NCBI GenBank assembly: GCA_964016885.1 | Contig: OZ024742.1 | Span: 74,648,001-74,712,000, forward strand | Length of the DNA stretch: 64,000 nt | From: Eledone cirrhosa | Taxonomy: Eukaryota | Direction: 5' to 3' | Part shown: one piece after another, positions 13,177-25,608 of the stretch | Numbering within the stretch: position 1 is the first letter of the stretch | How the letters are laid out: each line of letters opens with the position of its first letter | Notes under the pieces: generated by a model | Database searches by the model: none | Told to the model about the DNA's origin: nothing | Seen by the model: the letters and a program-made list of their open reading frames with translations, nothing else | Translations under genes and position numbers: made by a program

Positions 13177-13313
13177 CTATAACAAATACCACCAACAACA
13201 ACAGCAATAATGATAATAATAATAGTTTATGATTAAGGCAATTTTTGGGAAAGGGAAAGTTGATTAAATCGAAACCAGTGCATTACCTGTACTTTATTTT
13301 CTTTTAAACACAC

Positions 13314-13468
13314 AAAAGGCCCAAATATTATAGGGAACCCTTTCTTGTGGGTAAAGACTAAAGCCTTATGTCTCTTTTAAAACAAAAATATTAACAAACG
13401 TATTTAAAACCGTAAAAATAACAAACCTACTCCAGCTCACGATAATACGTCCATTCACTTCAACAACC
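13314..13468 (-). mobile_element. Isolated Tx1-type 5' UTR fragment (apparently a fourth variant)
   Basis: Resembles the 5' UTRs at 8060-8225 and 31305-31465 (GGCCCAAATATTATA; CTCACGATAATACGTCC). Starts with GG right after an ATT run. Confidence 0.6.
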
Positions 13469-13483
13469 AATGATAATAATAAT

Positions 13484-13657
13484 TGTTTCTATTTTAGGCA
13501 CAAGGCCAGCAATTACCCAGTACATTACTGGTACTTTATTTTATCGACCCCGTAAGGATGACCCAGGCGGGATTTGAACTCAGATCATAAAGGGCCGTAA
13601 CTCTATACTGCAAAGCATGGAGTCCGACCATATACCGATACTGCCAATCCACCACCC
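13484..13657 (-). mobile_element. tRNA-derived SINE (ATT-tailed family)
   Basis: Matches 62282-62468 in reverse with a small internal deletion; AAT runs on both sides. Confidence 0.88.
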
Positions 13658-13679
13658 TCACCGTCCTCATAATAATAAT

Positions 13680-14640
13680 ATCAAATGACCCTGGCTCAAT
13701 ATCAAGAACTACCCCAGAATGGATACGAAAACAACTCTGCAACATGGATACGAAAACAACTCTGCAAAAACTAAAATAAATCGTATTGAATATCCAAATA
13801 AATGACCAAAATAAAAAAAAACTGCTATAAGGGCCTTAGTAATATTTTATATCATTTATTGCACACAAAATATGTTGTTTAAAAAAATACACCACACATG
13901 AAAATAAGGAAAACATGAGAAATACGACAAACAAAACCCATAAACTAATATTGAAGCCAATAGATACAGACCCTCCCCTCGCTCAACATTTTCTCAGGCA
14001 GAAAGAAAATATACGAGATAATATTGAAAGTTAAGCAATTAAAAACGACAAAATCTCTCTGCTTAGCGAAATAGAAAAAAAAAAACAACAAAAGAAAAAA
14101 TACAAAACAGGAACAAAATAATAATTAAATAGTATTATATGAACGAAAAAAAAAAAGAAAACAGATTGGAATGAAAAGAAAGGCCTAAGTGTATTATATC
14201 AGCAACATCATACAAGGTATAAAGGCTTCGAAAAACGTGAGCGCTTCTACCAAGAAAACCAGGTATTCAAATCAAATAGCATAAGATTTTAGAGGTAGAA
14301 TAAAAAAAATGAACAGTTGAGCATACAACAACACCAACGGAAACGGAAGGATGGGAGGGAATTTGGAGCAAAAACATTCAGTAAAACAAGGAACACAATG
14401 GATCAGAATGAAATATGATAAACTATACAACAGCATCAAAAGTATGGCCTACTATAGCCACATAGGAACCCATCAATAGTTTAAGAACTGCATGCAGTTA
14501 GAAAACCTCTGGGATTGACGAAATGTAATTTTAGGCTGAAGTACCTGACCAATATTACCAAATTAGTTGCAGCAACATAGAAAGAACTATTAATCAGAAC
14601 AAAGCCAAAACCTGATTGTCTGTCAGAGGGGAAAAGCATG
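13680..14640 (+). mobile_element. Highly degenerate R4/Dong-like remnant (region upstream of RT)
   Basis: Hand translation gives FYQENQVFKSN, WEGIWS, KTSGIDE, LKYLT and PDCLSEGK, paralleling FWRGIW, KSPGPDG, IKHLT and PEWLTKG of 23138..25504. Follows an AAT run. Confidence 0.6.
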
Positions 14641-15115
14641 GTTATCGTTCAGGATCACGGTCTCCTCGAGGGCGTAATTACTTCTTCCCATCACATATCC
14701 TATATAGAATGGTAGTGCAGACGTTCCAGTGACGGCATTGCTGGAGAGGACTATGAACCGCAGACGTCAGACGCCCAATCCTGGTGTTCGTTTGACGTAG
14801 GATTACAGTTCCGCCAAAGAGATGAGCTGTAGGAGAGTGTGCTTCACAAACGGCAGACCACATATGCTCACTGACTTAGAATCTCGGTAGATGCTGCAGC
14901 TTACACATCTTAAGCCATGGTGTACGAAGCCTTCCACGGAGAGGGTGTTAGCAGCAGATAAACCTTCTGACCATGGGAGACTGATCTTTCAAAGATTCAC
15001 ATTTTAATTTTATGTTCAACATATTCTATTTTGATATTCATGGAAAGCCATTAGCTAGAAAAAGATTATGATAATTTTTAAGTTAAACTTTTAAAATGAT
15101 TAGAGAATACATTAC

Positions 15116-15291
15116 CAGTTTAACAGGCAGATATTTCCATACATCTATTAAAAAACTCCTGAAGAATTCGTTGCAGGAAGACCTAACACACTGATGCGGA
15201 AGATAATTATCCCGCAAACTATCACCACTGTATGCATATCGAAGGCTAATATTAGAACCAGCTTCGAATGCAAACACTTTGAACCCATGAT
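15116..15291 (-). CDS. Host PAN-domain gene, coding exon 2: (D)HGFKVFAFEAGSN...DVWKYLPVKL
   Basis: Acceptor tttttacAG, donor TG|GTAATG; 176 nt, phase 1 to 0; in frame with ORF 15083..15277. Confidence 0.82.
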
Positions 15292-17130
15292 CTGTAAAAA
15301 ATAAATGATATCAAATGTTATTCTTATACTCTAGTTAAGAGAAATTATTTAATGGAAAAGTATTTAATCTGGTACTGTAAAGCATCAGATTAAATACCTT
15401 AAAGTATTTAGTTCTGTCTTTATGTTCTAGGATCAAATCAGGCAGAGTTAAATTTGCAGGTGATTACCCCGAGGTCACTAAAATTACTAGAAATAACGGT
15501 TCAAGGAATTACATTTCTTGTGGATGATAAATAGAAAAATAAAACAAAACAAAGTAAAAATAAAACAAGTAAAGCCAGGTATACGTGCGTACAGGTAGTG
15601 TGGGTAACAATAAGCCCCAAACCACACTGTGTTAGTGCTATTTCTAATTAATCATAGCCAGCCATGTCAACATTATATGTAAAAAAGCATCCCCAGTCGA
15701 TGTTCTATTTTTCACTATATCCAAATGTGTATCTGTAGCCAATGTATCATACACAAAAATATATATAAACTTTAGCTTATTGTTGTGTTACTACCGAGTG
15801 AGTTAATGCCAACAATGGCGGATAAAAATCTAGAAACACGTGTTCTCCCGGGCTACTGAGATAACATTGATGTGGTCACAACTTAAAACATTCATAGCGA
15901 GACTCTTGTATACTTAAAATATGTTAAGTTCTATCCATTAAGTGTCAAACGATTGAAGAATCTGCGGTAGGCGGTACATAGATTTTAAAGAACCCTTGGC
16001 ATTAAAATATTTAAAAATACACAGATATTTCACCTTGAAGATAAATATACTCACCAACGCCCCACCCCTAATACTGTTAGACAAAGACACAGAGAAATTA
16101 GAGTTATCATTTTATTCTAATTTTCATTTTGTAGTGTCTAATACCTAGGGTCTTAGTAATATAGCTTTCAGAATATCTTTTTGTTATTTATCTTCAAATG
16201 CCATGTTATTTAATGATATTTTCATTGATTTCTTTTAGTGATTTCAATGAAATTATAGTGACTAGAGTACATTGTTTGCTACTTATTTTATCGATCTCGA
16301 TATGAATAAAAATAGAGTCGACAATTACGACATTTTTTGTTTAATACCGATTCTCACACGTTTTGCCGATTAGCTTATCATACACTTTGCATAAAACAAA
16401 CAGAAAACACATAACTATCTATCTCATATATGTCTACTTCTCTTTTTCAAATTTAGGTAGGTTTATATACTTGTGTTAACTAAATCTTGAATTTATAAAT
16501 GATTTAGAGTATAACATTCTTAAGCGAAATGAAAGTGTAGAAAATAATAATATAGTTGAATCAAATGTAAGAAATCAATAATTTTAATGTAAGAGATCGA
16601 TATAACAGGCGTATTTCATTGACCGAAGGAAATGCTAAGATTAATATAATTGCTATCAGTACTCTAATTGTTCCAGGAATGATATGATATAATGATATAA
16701 TATAAACAAAAAACTAATAAAATGAATAGATGGAATTATAAAGCTAATAATGGCAACATTTAGAGTACAACACCGTAAATCTAGGCACTTAGAAGATATA
16801 TTTGCAACAAAAAGACGATCTTATAAAATAGATTTGATAAAATGATAGACACTTTAAATTGAGAACAAAAGACTTCCAACTCAAATTATTAGAAACCACG
16901 AACAAAACAAAGAATGAAGTAACGAACAATACTAAAGCCGAATAATATTTTTTTCTTTTTGTAGGGTTTCTCTAGCAATCGGATGCAAGGGGAAGTGTAT
17001 TAATTGACCTCAGATCAGTCCCTGATATCAGAGGCTCAATATATCACGTAGGATTCTGGCAGTGGTAGTGATGGTAGAAATTTGGACACTGCCTATGAAG
17101 TCGGGAATCCCAAGGCTTTTGCTGAAAGAC

Positions 17131-17162
<32 letters not shown>

Positions 17163-17164
<2 letters not shown>

Positions 17165-20100
17165 TTTCTTTATTAACCACAAGGGTTTACATAAAGTAGA
17201 CATTAAGGACAGTGCTGGACAATGCAGGACGGTACAAATGGGCATTTCTGCGTGTAAAAAACAAAAACAGAGGATGTAACAAAAATAACAATGAAAATAA
17301 CAATGAAAAATTCCCCAATAGGGGGGAGACTTCGGAGGGACATTTGTGGAGAAAGCCCAGTAAAAGGCCACAGTGACCCTGACCACCAAGGCAAGTGCCT
17401 TCTCCCAGTTTTCCACCTTTAATTTACAGACACATACTCATAGTAGGCCCATTCACTCGGGCCATTCCTGCTTCTCTCACCCATCTTTCAACAAAATGCT
17501 GGGAAGAGAGCACTTCCCTCTCTACTCTGATTTTCCTTTTCAAATGAAATTTGAAAAAGTCAATCAGGGCATCACCGAAGAGGTAAGTGCTCGTCTTCAG
17601 CCCTTTCAAACGTGTCCACCATACTATCTCTTTTGCCATGGCCACCAGACAGATAAAAACTGCCTGCCCTTCCCGGCTAAAGGAAGAGGGCGGGGCAATC
17701 CTCACGATGGACTCAGATGATAGCCGGATCCGTCCTACATGCGACAGCAGGTGTTCGAAATAAACCCACAAGTCAGCAATTTTCGGACACTAGACGAGTG
17801 CGTGCAGGACGGTTTCGTCGCCCTGCGCACATCTCGGACATGTCCGGCTGACGGCACCTCCATGCCTGTAGAGTTTATCCCGAACTGGCAAGGCTCCTCG
17901 GTAGCACTGCCAGGCCAGGGATTTCTGGAAGTTGTCCATAGGTCCCGGCCCGAAAGTTCTTCCGAAGAGATTGGCTAGTTGATTTTCGTCGACGTCTAGA
18001 GTTTCACCAAGTACGTCGTCGCTCTTCCCCTCCACTAATCCTCTATAGAACGCCGACCTGGAGTTTCCAACGATCACATTGCCCGATTGGTCGAGGGCTG
18101 TGAGCGCCTGAAGACATTCCAGTCTACAGGCGCTCCCTCTCGGTCTTCGCTTGACACCGGACTGCAGCTCCGTCAAGGAAACGAGCTGGGGAAATACGTG
18201 TCTAGCAAACGGCGACCACACCTGATCACCGTCGAGGAAGAGGTGGAGATGTCGTAGTCTGAGCGCGTGTCTGCACATCATCAGCCAAGGCGTGTCCAGC
18301 CCTCCACGTAACGGGTGTTGACAGCAGATGCACCGCCTGACCATCGGAGCGCGTCCCTTCCACAAAAAGCGAAAGAGCAAACGCTGAAGCGCTGTCAGGC
18401 GGGGCTTAGGACAAGGTACGACGGTCAGGCGGTAGTAGATGACGGACGCGATGTACGCGTTAGCCACCTCCGCTCGACCTTTCAGGGATGGTTTCCTCTC
18501 CGCCCATTTCTGGGTGAGAGAAGCCACCCTGCTCGTCACCTCGTCCCAGTTTTTGTCCGTCTGGAGGTCGGGACCGAACCAGACCCCTAGCAATTTAACC
18601 GGTCCGTCCGTCCAGCGCCCGACGACGCTGTTGGACAGCATGGACCTGCCTCTCCAGGTGCCGAGCTGCAGGCCCACTGACTTTTCCTGGTTGATCATTG
18701 CTCCTGTCACCGCTTCGTATTCTCTTAGTGTAGTGTCGATCGCCTCGATGTGTTTGGCGTTCGACACCACTACTGTGACATCGTCCGCATATGCTGACAC
18801 GGATATTCCTCATCCTAATTCGCGCGGGACCCCCCTCAACGTCTCCAGTTTGTGCAGTAATGACTCGAGAGTCAATACGTACAAGAGGGACGAGAGGGGA
18901 CATCCTTGGCAGACCGAGCGCATGATGTTGAACGGTTCCGAAAGGTGACCGTTCACTCTCACCACAGAGCAGATGTCGCTGTGCATGGCAGCGATCCAGC
19001 CTCTGAAGACGGGCCCAAAGCCAGCCGCCCTCAGGACTGCCGCTAGGTAACGATGGTCGACCCTATCGAAAGCTTTCGACTGATCTAAATTGATCAAGGA
19101 CCCTCCCGTGCCAGGTTCCCTAGCTACCCTCTCTACGATGTATCGCATGAGGTGGAGGTTGTCGTGGATGGATCTGTCGAGAATGGCGCATGTCTGCGAC
19201 TGTCCCACCAGACCACCAACGACTAGCGCCAACCCCTTTGCTAGCACCTTGGCCAAAATCTTGAACTCTGTGTTTAGCAGATTTATGGGCCTAAAATTAT
19301 CTGTTATCCCCCTTGTTCGGATCCTTTCTCAGCAGCGCCACTGCTCCTCGGCTCACAGAGCTGGGAATTCTTCCGATCTGTTGCCAGTTGCAGTAGACGT
19401 CCGCCAAGAGGCCTCCGAACAAGTAAAGTTCATAGGGCAGACCATCCAAACCAGGCGATTTACCCCTTGTGCAGCCAGTCATTGCCTCCCGTACTTCAGC
19501 GGCTGTTATCGGCTTTTCGCAACACTCCGCCTCAGTGGCAGAGAGCCGCGGCAGTCCGTCGAGGTAGACACTAAAGTCCATCCCTCGATCCGGCCCGCCG
19601 CTGCCCCCGTACAGTTGAGCGAAGTGCCGCTGAAAAGCTTCACACATTTGCCCGGGACCGAGTAGCATGCGCCCGTCGTGGTCCACCAAAGACCGGATCG
19701 TGGCTTTGTTGCCACGACGCGCCTCCGCCACTCGACGCATTGAACGGCTTTCGTCCCCTCGTGTCTGAGAGCACGCACCCTAGCTCAGACAACGCAGCCT
19801 TCGTGCTTTGCATTGAAGAATTGGTCAAGGGCCAATTTCGCCGCAAGTACGTCGGTCGCGATGCCTTTGCTAAGCGCCTCGTCTAATTTTCTAACTAATT
19901 CTCCCTCTGCTCTATTTTTCTCTATTGCTAAAGCCCTACTAAACCTAATGGACTCTATTCTAATTGCTCTTTTCAGACCAAACCACCACTTGTTGTTGAC
20001 GATGGCCCCCGTCAACGCCCGCTTAACTAGTTCGCTAATCCGGTCTCTGTAGGCCTTGCGCGCTGGTAAGGACGCGTTTAGCTTCCAGTAGCCGGGTCCT

Positions 20101-23049
20101 CGTCTATGAAGCCTATCTAAGTCAAGCACACAGATCACTAATTTGTGGTCCGTGTAGCTGACTATCTTGAATTGTGGACAGCCTATGCAAGACCAATCTA
20201 TTTCCCTACAAAATACTCTATCTAGATATGATCTGGATGACCCTATGCGATTTGTCCAAGTCCACATTGGCACATTCGAGAAATCCAATCGGTACCTGTC
20301 AGACAGTTCAAAACGCCTGAGCAGGTTGGTGAGACTCTTGCACCCTCCTCCCCTATCCACTAATCCCACACAGTCCCAGCGCGCATCTAAGATCCCGTTC
20401 CAGTCGCCCACTAACACTAAAGAGCGGGACGTTCCAAGAAAAGTCTCCAGACGCCGGAAGAAATCAGGCCGCCCTGCACCTGTCGAGACATAGACGGCCA
20501 CTAGCCTGAAAGCTTGCCTGTCTCCGCTGGTCACGTCCAGCAGCACCAACTTACCTTCTGGGTCCAGGAAGATGGCCCGTATGGCAAGATCCAAACCTCT
20601 CTGAAAAAGCACAGCAACTCCACCCCCGATCCTGGACGGCTGGGAGATGTGTACACATCGTAGCCGCCGGAGATCGGTGCGAAGGCTCTTGCTTCGGAGA
20701 TTCTGGTCTCGTTGATGGCCACTACATCTATGTTTAGTGACCTGAGGTCGTTGAGCAGGTGGCCCTGCTTCCTTGACGACCCCAAGCCACGCGCATTTAT
20801 GCTGCCTATTCTGAGTGAGGTCATGTTGAAATGGAGTGGAAAAGATGGGAAAGACCACTTACCTTACTTCTCGTAGAAGAAGGACGGTTTCTCCATCCTT
20901 TTCAATACTTGTGGCCTCCTCAGGAAGGATGTCCTTATAAATCCTCCTGGAGAGTGCTTGTCGGAAGTCTCCGATGACTTTGGGGAATTTTTGTTTTAGT
21001 GTCATATACGTTTTCTGTGTGATGCGAGTGATTTGTATGTGTGGAGGTGGTGTGAACTTTTGGGTTGTTGTGTAGTCTTTTTCTGTGATGCTGGTGTTGT
21101 GTTGGATGTACTGTAATAATTGGTTGTTGTTCAAATTTAATGCTGTGTAGTGTGTATCGTTTTGGTTGTTTTGTTTTGTTTGTGTTTGTTTTGGGTTTGT
21201 TTCTGTTTCGCTTTTTGGTGACTTTTGTGGTGTAGGTGATGGTGGTGTTGGGGTTAATGATGGTGATGGTGTTGGTGTTTAGGGTGATGGGGTTGGTGAT
21301 GCTGGTGTGGATGGTGGCATATCTGTCCTAACTTTTTTGTTTGATAGTTTATTTGTTTCCCTCTGTATTTTGTTTTTGGAGGGGGAAGGAAGAGAATTTT
21401 TTCTCTTTTGGTTTCTTTTTTCTTTTTTCCTGATACCGTTTCCCACTCCTCGTCGTCACAATTTGTCTCCAGTTGTGATAGGCCGAGGAGTGGAAAATCC
21501 TCCACGGGCGTTAATTTTGGTTGTGGCGTGGTGGATGGTGTAGGCGCTGGTGCTAGTTCTGAAGCGTTGGGTGGTGGTGGTGTTGCTTTTGCTACTGTTG
21601 CTGGGGTTGTTGCTGTTATAGTTGCTTCTGTTGTTGCTGCTACAGTTGTTGCTGCCATCTTTGCTGGTGGTGGTGTTGATGGTTGAGTCACTGGGGTGGG
21701 TAGGAGAGGTGGCCTCAACCTTTTAGCCTGAGGGTAGAAAGCCATTAGGTGGGTTCCTTCACCCCAAACGACACACCTAGGCCTTCTACCCTCGACAATT
21801 ACGGTGAGGTGGCTGCCGTCAGTGAGGTCTATTACTTCTGGGATCTCCTCAATACTTTTTTGGTCCGCTTGGATCAGGAGCTCCATCCCAGATCCGGACC
21901 AGTTCTCCTGCTTTTCTTTCGCTATTGCTATTATCTTGGTGTTGGCTTCGATGCCGGCGAGGACGGCAGCTATTAGCCACGGAATTTCGATGGCCGGTGA
22001 AACGTGGGTCACCCTGATCTTTACGAGTCTCTGGCCACAATAGCTTGGGACGAGTGTGAAGTGGTTACATCTTAATGGGGCCATGGAGTGTTCTCTAGCC
22101 TCCTCTGGTGTTTCAAAGAACACGTCCACGGTTCCATACTTCTGCCCACGTCTGATGTGGGTTTTTCTTGCCCACACATGTCCCAAAGCTTTTTGGATTT
22201 GGGACTCAGATGCCCGTTCCACTCGGCGCGATTTTACATTAATTGTTCGAAAATACACGGTGCATAGGCGCCAATGCTGCATTTTATTAGATGGGGGTTG
22301 GGGGTTGGGAGTGGGGGGTGATGCTGACCCTGTACCCATCTTTCTTTACCAATATTTTGGCTTCTTCTAATTCCTCCTGAGTTACCTGAAATGCTTCGCC
22401 CTGTTTTGCTACTCTGGCAAAACTCAGGGTAGTTTTCTTAATGTCATTGTTGCTGTTGTTGTTATCGTTATTTTTGTTATTATTAATTTTAGTTTCAGTT
22501 GTGGTGGTGGTGGCGTCAGTGGTGTTCGGTGTGAAAGAGTTCATTTTGGTTGAATTCATTTCGACATCACGAGTTAATTTATTTTTTTCTTTTGTTTCTG
22601 TTGTCGCGGTGGTGGTGGGGGTGGTGGTTGTCGCGGTGGTGGTGGTGGCGGCGGCTTTAACACCTGCAATCATTGGTAATGGCGGGAAATGAATGTGTGC
22701 AGAGACAAATTTAAAATATTGCTACTGCTTAAATTTTTAGTGTTGGCAAACGTAGTAATATTTACAATGGTGGTGTCGGTGTGAGGTGTTAGTTTGTGAC
22801 GAAGGCTCTCAGTTGCTTGATGCAGAGGTGAATCAGCCATGAGTTTTTCAAAGAAATTTTTTGATAATCATAAAAGTTTAAATTTTGGGCACAAGGCCCC
22901 AATCTTTTTGGGTGCCCTTTTCGGAAAACAATGTATGTGTGCTTATATACAGTTAACAATAAAAATTTTCTATAAATGGCAATTTTAACAAACGGAAACA
23001 ACAAACCTTTGCGGAGCTCACGATGATACGATTTACTACGTAGGTCGCC
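17163..23049 (-). mobile_element. Tx1 family A, copy A2 (full length, frameshifted)
   Basis: Same termini as A1. ORF2 ATG at 20824, stop at 17424. Preceded by (AAT)10 at 17133-17162 and followed by (AAT)22 at 23050-23115. Confidence 0.95.
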
Positions 23050-23118
<69 letters not shown>

Positions 23119-23120
<2 letters not shown>

Positions 23121-25578
23121 CCAGACACAACCAGAAGATGCTGTTTGGACAGCTTGAGGGGAAAGAAAGAGGCAACGACTTGATCCCTGGGGCGGAGCAA
23201 ACTAAAACATTCTGGAGAGGAATATGGGAGCAGGATGTTAGACACAATGCCCAGGCAGGGTGGATTGAGACAGTACAGAGGGAGATCGGTGAGCAGGCAC
23301 AACAACAAACTGATTTGAGTATCACAGTTGAAACTCTTAAGGGGCAGGCCAAAAAACTAACCAACTGGAAATCACCAGGCCCAGATGGTGTGCAGGGGTA
23401 TTGGATTAAACATTTAACATCCCTCCACCCGAAGCTGACGGCCATGTTCAATGACTGCTTGGTGTCGGGTGAGGTGCCAGAGTGGTTGACAAAAGGTACC
23501 ACAGTTCTGATAATGAAAGACCAAATCAAGGGTAATGATGTTACCAACTATAGACCTATCACATGTCTGTCCGTAATGTGGAAACTGTTGACGAGCATTG
23601 TGTCTGAGGAAATCTACCATCACCTCCACACAAACAACTTGTTACCGGACGAACAGAAAGGATGCCGAAAGAAGTCACGTGGTACAAAGGACCAGTTACT
23701 TATTGATAAGATGGTAATGGGGAATTGCAGGAGGAGACACACTGATCTTGCCATGGGATGGATAGACTACAGAAAGGCATTTGACATGGTGCCTCATTCC
23801 TGGATCACCAAAAGCCTGGAGATCTTCAGGGTGGCAGATAACATCAAACAGTTGCTAGGCAGGAGTATGGGGTCCTGGGAGACAGAGTTGACATCAACTG
23901 GAGTATCCTTGGGAAGCGTGAAGATCAAGAGAGGTATCTTCCAGGGAGATAGCCTGTCCCCTCTGTTGTTTGTCCTTGCCCTGATGCCCTTGACCATTAT
24001 GCTGCGAAAAGTGAGAGCAGGATACAAGTTGGGAAGGGGAGAGCTTACCATCAATCACCTCCTCTTCATGGACGATCTTAAGCTCTTCGGGAAAAGTGAG
24101 AAGGAGTTGGATGTGCTTGTTGACACTGTCCGTATTTTCAGCAGTGATATATGTATGCAGTTTGGTATTGGTAAATGTGGAGTCATTGTGATGAGGAGGG
24201 GTAGGTTGAGCAGAAGTAACGGGATCCAGATACCAACAGGTGAGATGATAAAGGAAATTGACTCTGAGGAAGAATACAAGTATTTGGGCGTTCTGGAGGC
24301 TGATGGCATAAAGAACAAAAAAATGAAGGAATTGTTAAGAACTGAATACATTCGGAGAGTAAGGAGCGTATTGAAGTCACATCTGAACAGCAGAAATGCC
24401 ATAAGCGCAGTAAATTCCCGAGCTGTGTCTATTATTAGGTACAGTGCGGGAATTCTGAGATGGAATGTTGCTGAACAAAAAGAAATGGATAGGAAGACTA
24501 GGAAGCTATCGACTATCTACAACATGTTCCACAAGAGGAGTGATGTCGATAGACTCTACCTAAGGAGATCTGAGGGTGGAAGAGGTCTTATCAGCATAGA
24601 GGACTGTGTTCAGATGGAGAAAAACAACCTATACAAATACGTGACCTATAGTAAGGAACCAATGCTCAGAACTGTACTGAAGGAGGGGACAGTAGGCCAG
24701 GGGATGTCCAAGGAGGAAATAACATCAAGGAGGAAGAGCAGCCTTAAGGGAAAATCCCTTCATAGTACCTTCTTTGAGAAAACTGAATTTAGAGATCCAC
24801 AGACATGGAACTGGTTGAGAAGAGGAGACCTCAAAAAGGCTACAGAAGGAATGCTAATGGCTGCGCAGGAGCAGGCCCTCAAAACGAAGTGGTTGAAGCA
24901 CCATATCTACAAGGAGGAGGCTAGCCCACTGTGCAGGATCTGTGGAGAGAGAGAGGAGACTGTGGCTCACATTGTGTCCGAGTGTAAACACCTAGCCCAG
25001 ACCCACTATAAGGGCTGGAGACACGATGTGATGGGCAGGGTGATCCACTGGCACCTGTGCAAAGTAAACAATCTACCACATTCTGAGAAATGGTATGAGC
25101 ATAGGCCAGAGGCGGTGATGGAGAACAATCAGGTGAAGGTACTGTGGGATTTTAGGATACAGACAGACAAAAAACTGGAACACAATAGACCTGACCTGGT
25201 GGTTGTGGACAAAGAAAAAAGATCGTGTCTGATTGTGGATGTGGCCTGCCCGTTCGACACGAGAGTGCAAGAGAAGGAGAGGGAGAAAATTAACCGATAC
25301 CAGGACCTAAAGTGGGAGGTGAAAAGGATTTGGAACTGCCATGAAGTCAAAGTGATCCCGATTGTCATAGGCGCACTGGGGACTATCTCCAAAAGTTTCC
25401 AGGGATGGTTAAAGAAAATCGGCCCCTTCACGCTTTTTGGAACGCTTCAAAAGGCATGCTTGCTTGGAACAGCAAGAACCCTCCGATACGTCCTGAATAT
25501 CTGAGGCTGCAGGTAGTGGCTTGATATTCAATCCAACGGACTTTCCAGTTAACCAACATCAATGACTGAGATTCAAGG
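23119..25578 (+). mobile_element. R4/Dong-type RLE non-LTR retrotransposon, 5'-truncated, young
   Basis: Flanked by AAT tracts; single ORF plus a 3' UTR of about 75 nt. Confidence 0.93.
23138..25504 (+). CDS. Reverse transcriptase - CCHC - restriction-like endonuclease ORF (788 aa, N-terminus missing)
   Basis: KSPGPDG, YRPITCL, IDYRKAFD, GIFQGDSLSP, LFMDDLKL, CRIC-x8-H-x4-C, RHD, RPDLVV...VDVACP...EREK; no stops or frameshifts. Confidence 0.93.
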   Translation: MLFGQLEGKERGNDLIPGAEQTKTFWRGIWEQDVRHNAQAGWIETVQREIGEQAQQQTDLSITVETLKGQAKKLTNWKSPGPDGVQGYWIKHLTSLHPKLTAMFNDCLVSGEVPEWLTKGTTVLIMKDQIKGNDVTNYRPITCLSVMWKLLTSIVSEEIYHHLHTNNLLPDEQKGCRKKSRGTKDQLLIDKMVMGNCRRRHTDLAMGWIDYRKAFDMVPHSWITKSLEIFRVADNIKQLLGRSMGSWETELTSTGVSLGSVKIKRGIFQGDSLSPLLFVLALMPLTIMLRKVRAGYKLGRGELTINHLLFMDDLKLFGKSEKELDVLVDTVRIFSSDICMQFGIGKCGVIVMRRGRLSRSNGIQIPTGEMIKEIDSEEEYKYLGVLEADGIKNKKMKELLRTEYIRRVRSVLKSHLNSRNAISAVNSRAVSIIRYSAGILRWNVAEQKEMDRKTRKLSTIYNMFHKRSDVDRLYLRRSEGGRGLISIEDCVQMEKNNLYKYVTYSKEPMLRTVLKEGTVGQGMSKEEITSRRKSSLKGKSLHSTFFEKTEFRDPQTWNWLRRGDLKKATEGMLMAAQEQALKTKWLKHHIYKEEASPLCRICGEREETVAHIVSECKHLAQTHYKGWRHDVMGRVIHWHLCKVNNLPHSEKWYEHRPEAVMENNQVKVLWDFRIQTDKKLEHNRPDLVVVDKEKRSCLIVDVACPFDTRVQEKEREKINRYQDLKWEVKRIWNCHEVKVIPIVIGALGTISKSFQGWLKKIGPFTLFGTLQKACLLGTARTLRYVLNI

Positions 25579-25608
25579 AATAACAACAATAATAATAATA
25601 ATAATAAT

